Below are positions 63,363-64,000 of a DNA stretch of 64,000 nucleotides, in pieces (the stretch's first letter is position 1; each line of letters begins with the position of its first letter). The notes below the pieces were generated by a model. The model did no database searches. It was not told the DNA's origin and was given only the letters and a program-made list of their open reading frames with translations. Both the position numbers and the translations under genes were made by a program. The DNA comes from Candidatus Poribacteria bacterium (GTDB lineage: Bacteria; Poribacteria; WGA-4E; PCPOR2b), in contig OZ244042.1 in NCBI GenBank assembly GCA_965215015.1, positions 3,232,001 to 3,296,000 on the forward strand, read 5' to 3'.

Positions 63363-64000
63363 TTACGCACGCTGCAGGGTGTCCTCCAAACCCATAAGTG
63401 TAGCGTACATTATCTGTACTCGCTTCATTGGAATTGACAGTGCCTGTGCCTCCTCAAGTATCGGGCCGATACACGCCTGAAATTCTGTAGGTATGCCTTT
63501 CTGTATATCTTGGAGGGCGGAGTGCGTCGATTGACTTCCAGCTAAAGGTGATGTCAACACCTTTTTAATCGCTTCTTCTGCAGTCCCTTGACACCAGGTT
63601 TTGACATGGTAGGGGCCAAGATCTATTAAGGGAATTTCTTTCGCTGCAGCCAGTAGCTGAAGTTCTCTGACCATGCCGATATACGCTGTAGCCAGCTGTC
63701 TGTTGGAGAGAACGCCAGCGTTACTCTGCCTAGAGAGGGTAGCAAGTAGACCGATGGGTATCCACCCCACCATTTTTGACCACGTAGCAGACAGGATACC
63801 GTCGGATGCCTGCGTGATAAGCCCCGCCTGTTGAAAAAGGTTCACAATTTCGTCAACGCGTCCTGATGCACCCCCATCAAGTTCGCCAAATTGCGTGCCG
63901 CCGTCGTATGTCCAATTCACGACTCCCGGTGCTGGACGCTCCCCTGCAACAATAGCAAGGGCACCTAGCACTTTTTCCCTTCCAAAGACGTTGACTAACA
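63363..64000 (-). CDS. Ketopantoate reductase (PanE/ApbA)-like, 5' end beyond the window
   Basis: WSK and SALQDI..G.PTE C-terminal motifs. Confidence 0.7.
   Translation of the reverse strand, partial: LVNVFGREKVLGALAIVAGERPAPGVVNWTYDGGTQFGELDGGASGRVDEIVNLFQQAGLITQASDGILSATWSKMVGWIPIGLLATLSRQSNAGVLSNRQLATAYIGMVRELQLLAAAKEIPLIDLGPYHVKTWCQGTAEEAIKKVLTSPLAGSQSTHSALQDIQKGIPTEFQACIGPILEEAQALSIPMKRVQIMYATLMGLEDTLQRA

Overview
Bacterial chromosomal window (~50% GC). It holds housekeeping genes (hslVU, eno, crcB, map, mqnB, miaB, nadE, ileS, addB-like, tmk, holB, metG) among many sugar/small-molecule catabolic enzymes. The mix of TPR arrays, a Uma2 nuclease, a PhyH dioxygenase and abundant intergenic palindromic repeats suggests a Candidatus Poribacteria-like organism; this is an inference only. 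I saw no rRNA, tRNA, CRISPR array or intact transposase. Main signals: (1) an unannotated Ile-rich leader peptide with an antiterminator/terminator pair upstream of ileS, i.e. a ribosome-mediated attenuator on a GVHH-type IleRS2; (2) a glutamine-dependent NAD synthetase that looks eukaryotic (NADSYN1/QNS1-like) along its whole length; (3) a three-copy 'accordion' of TPR genes with readable duplication junctions, whose 102-bp repeats vary mainly at the ligand-binding positions; (4) a 9-unit hairpin array in the predicted 5' leader of the adh-nadE operon; (5) modular MITE-like elements with shared ends and variable palindromic cargo; (6) a ~1300-aa gene split at a G7 run.
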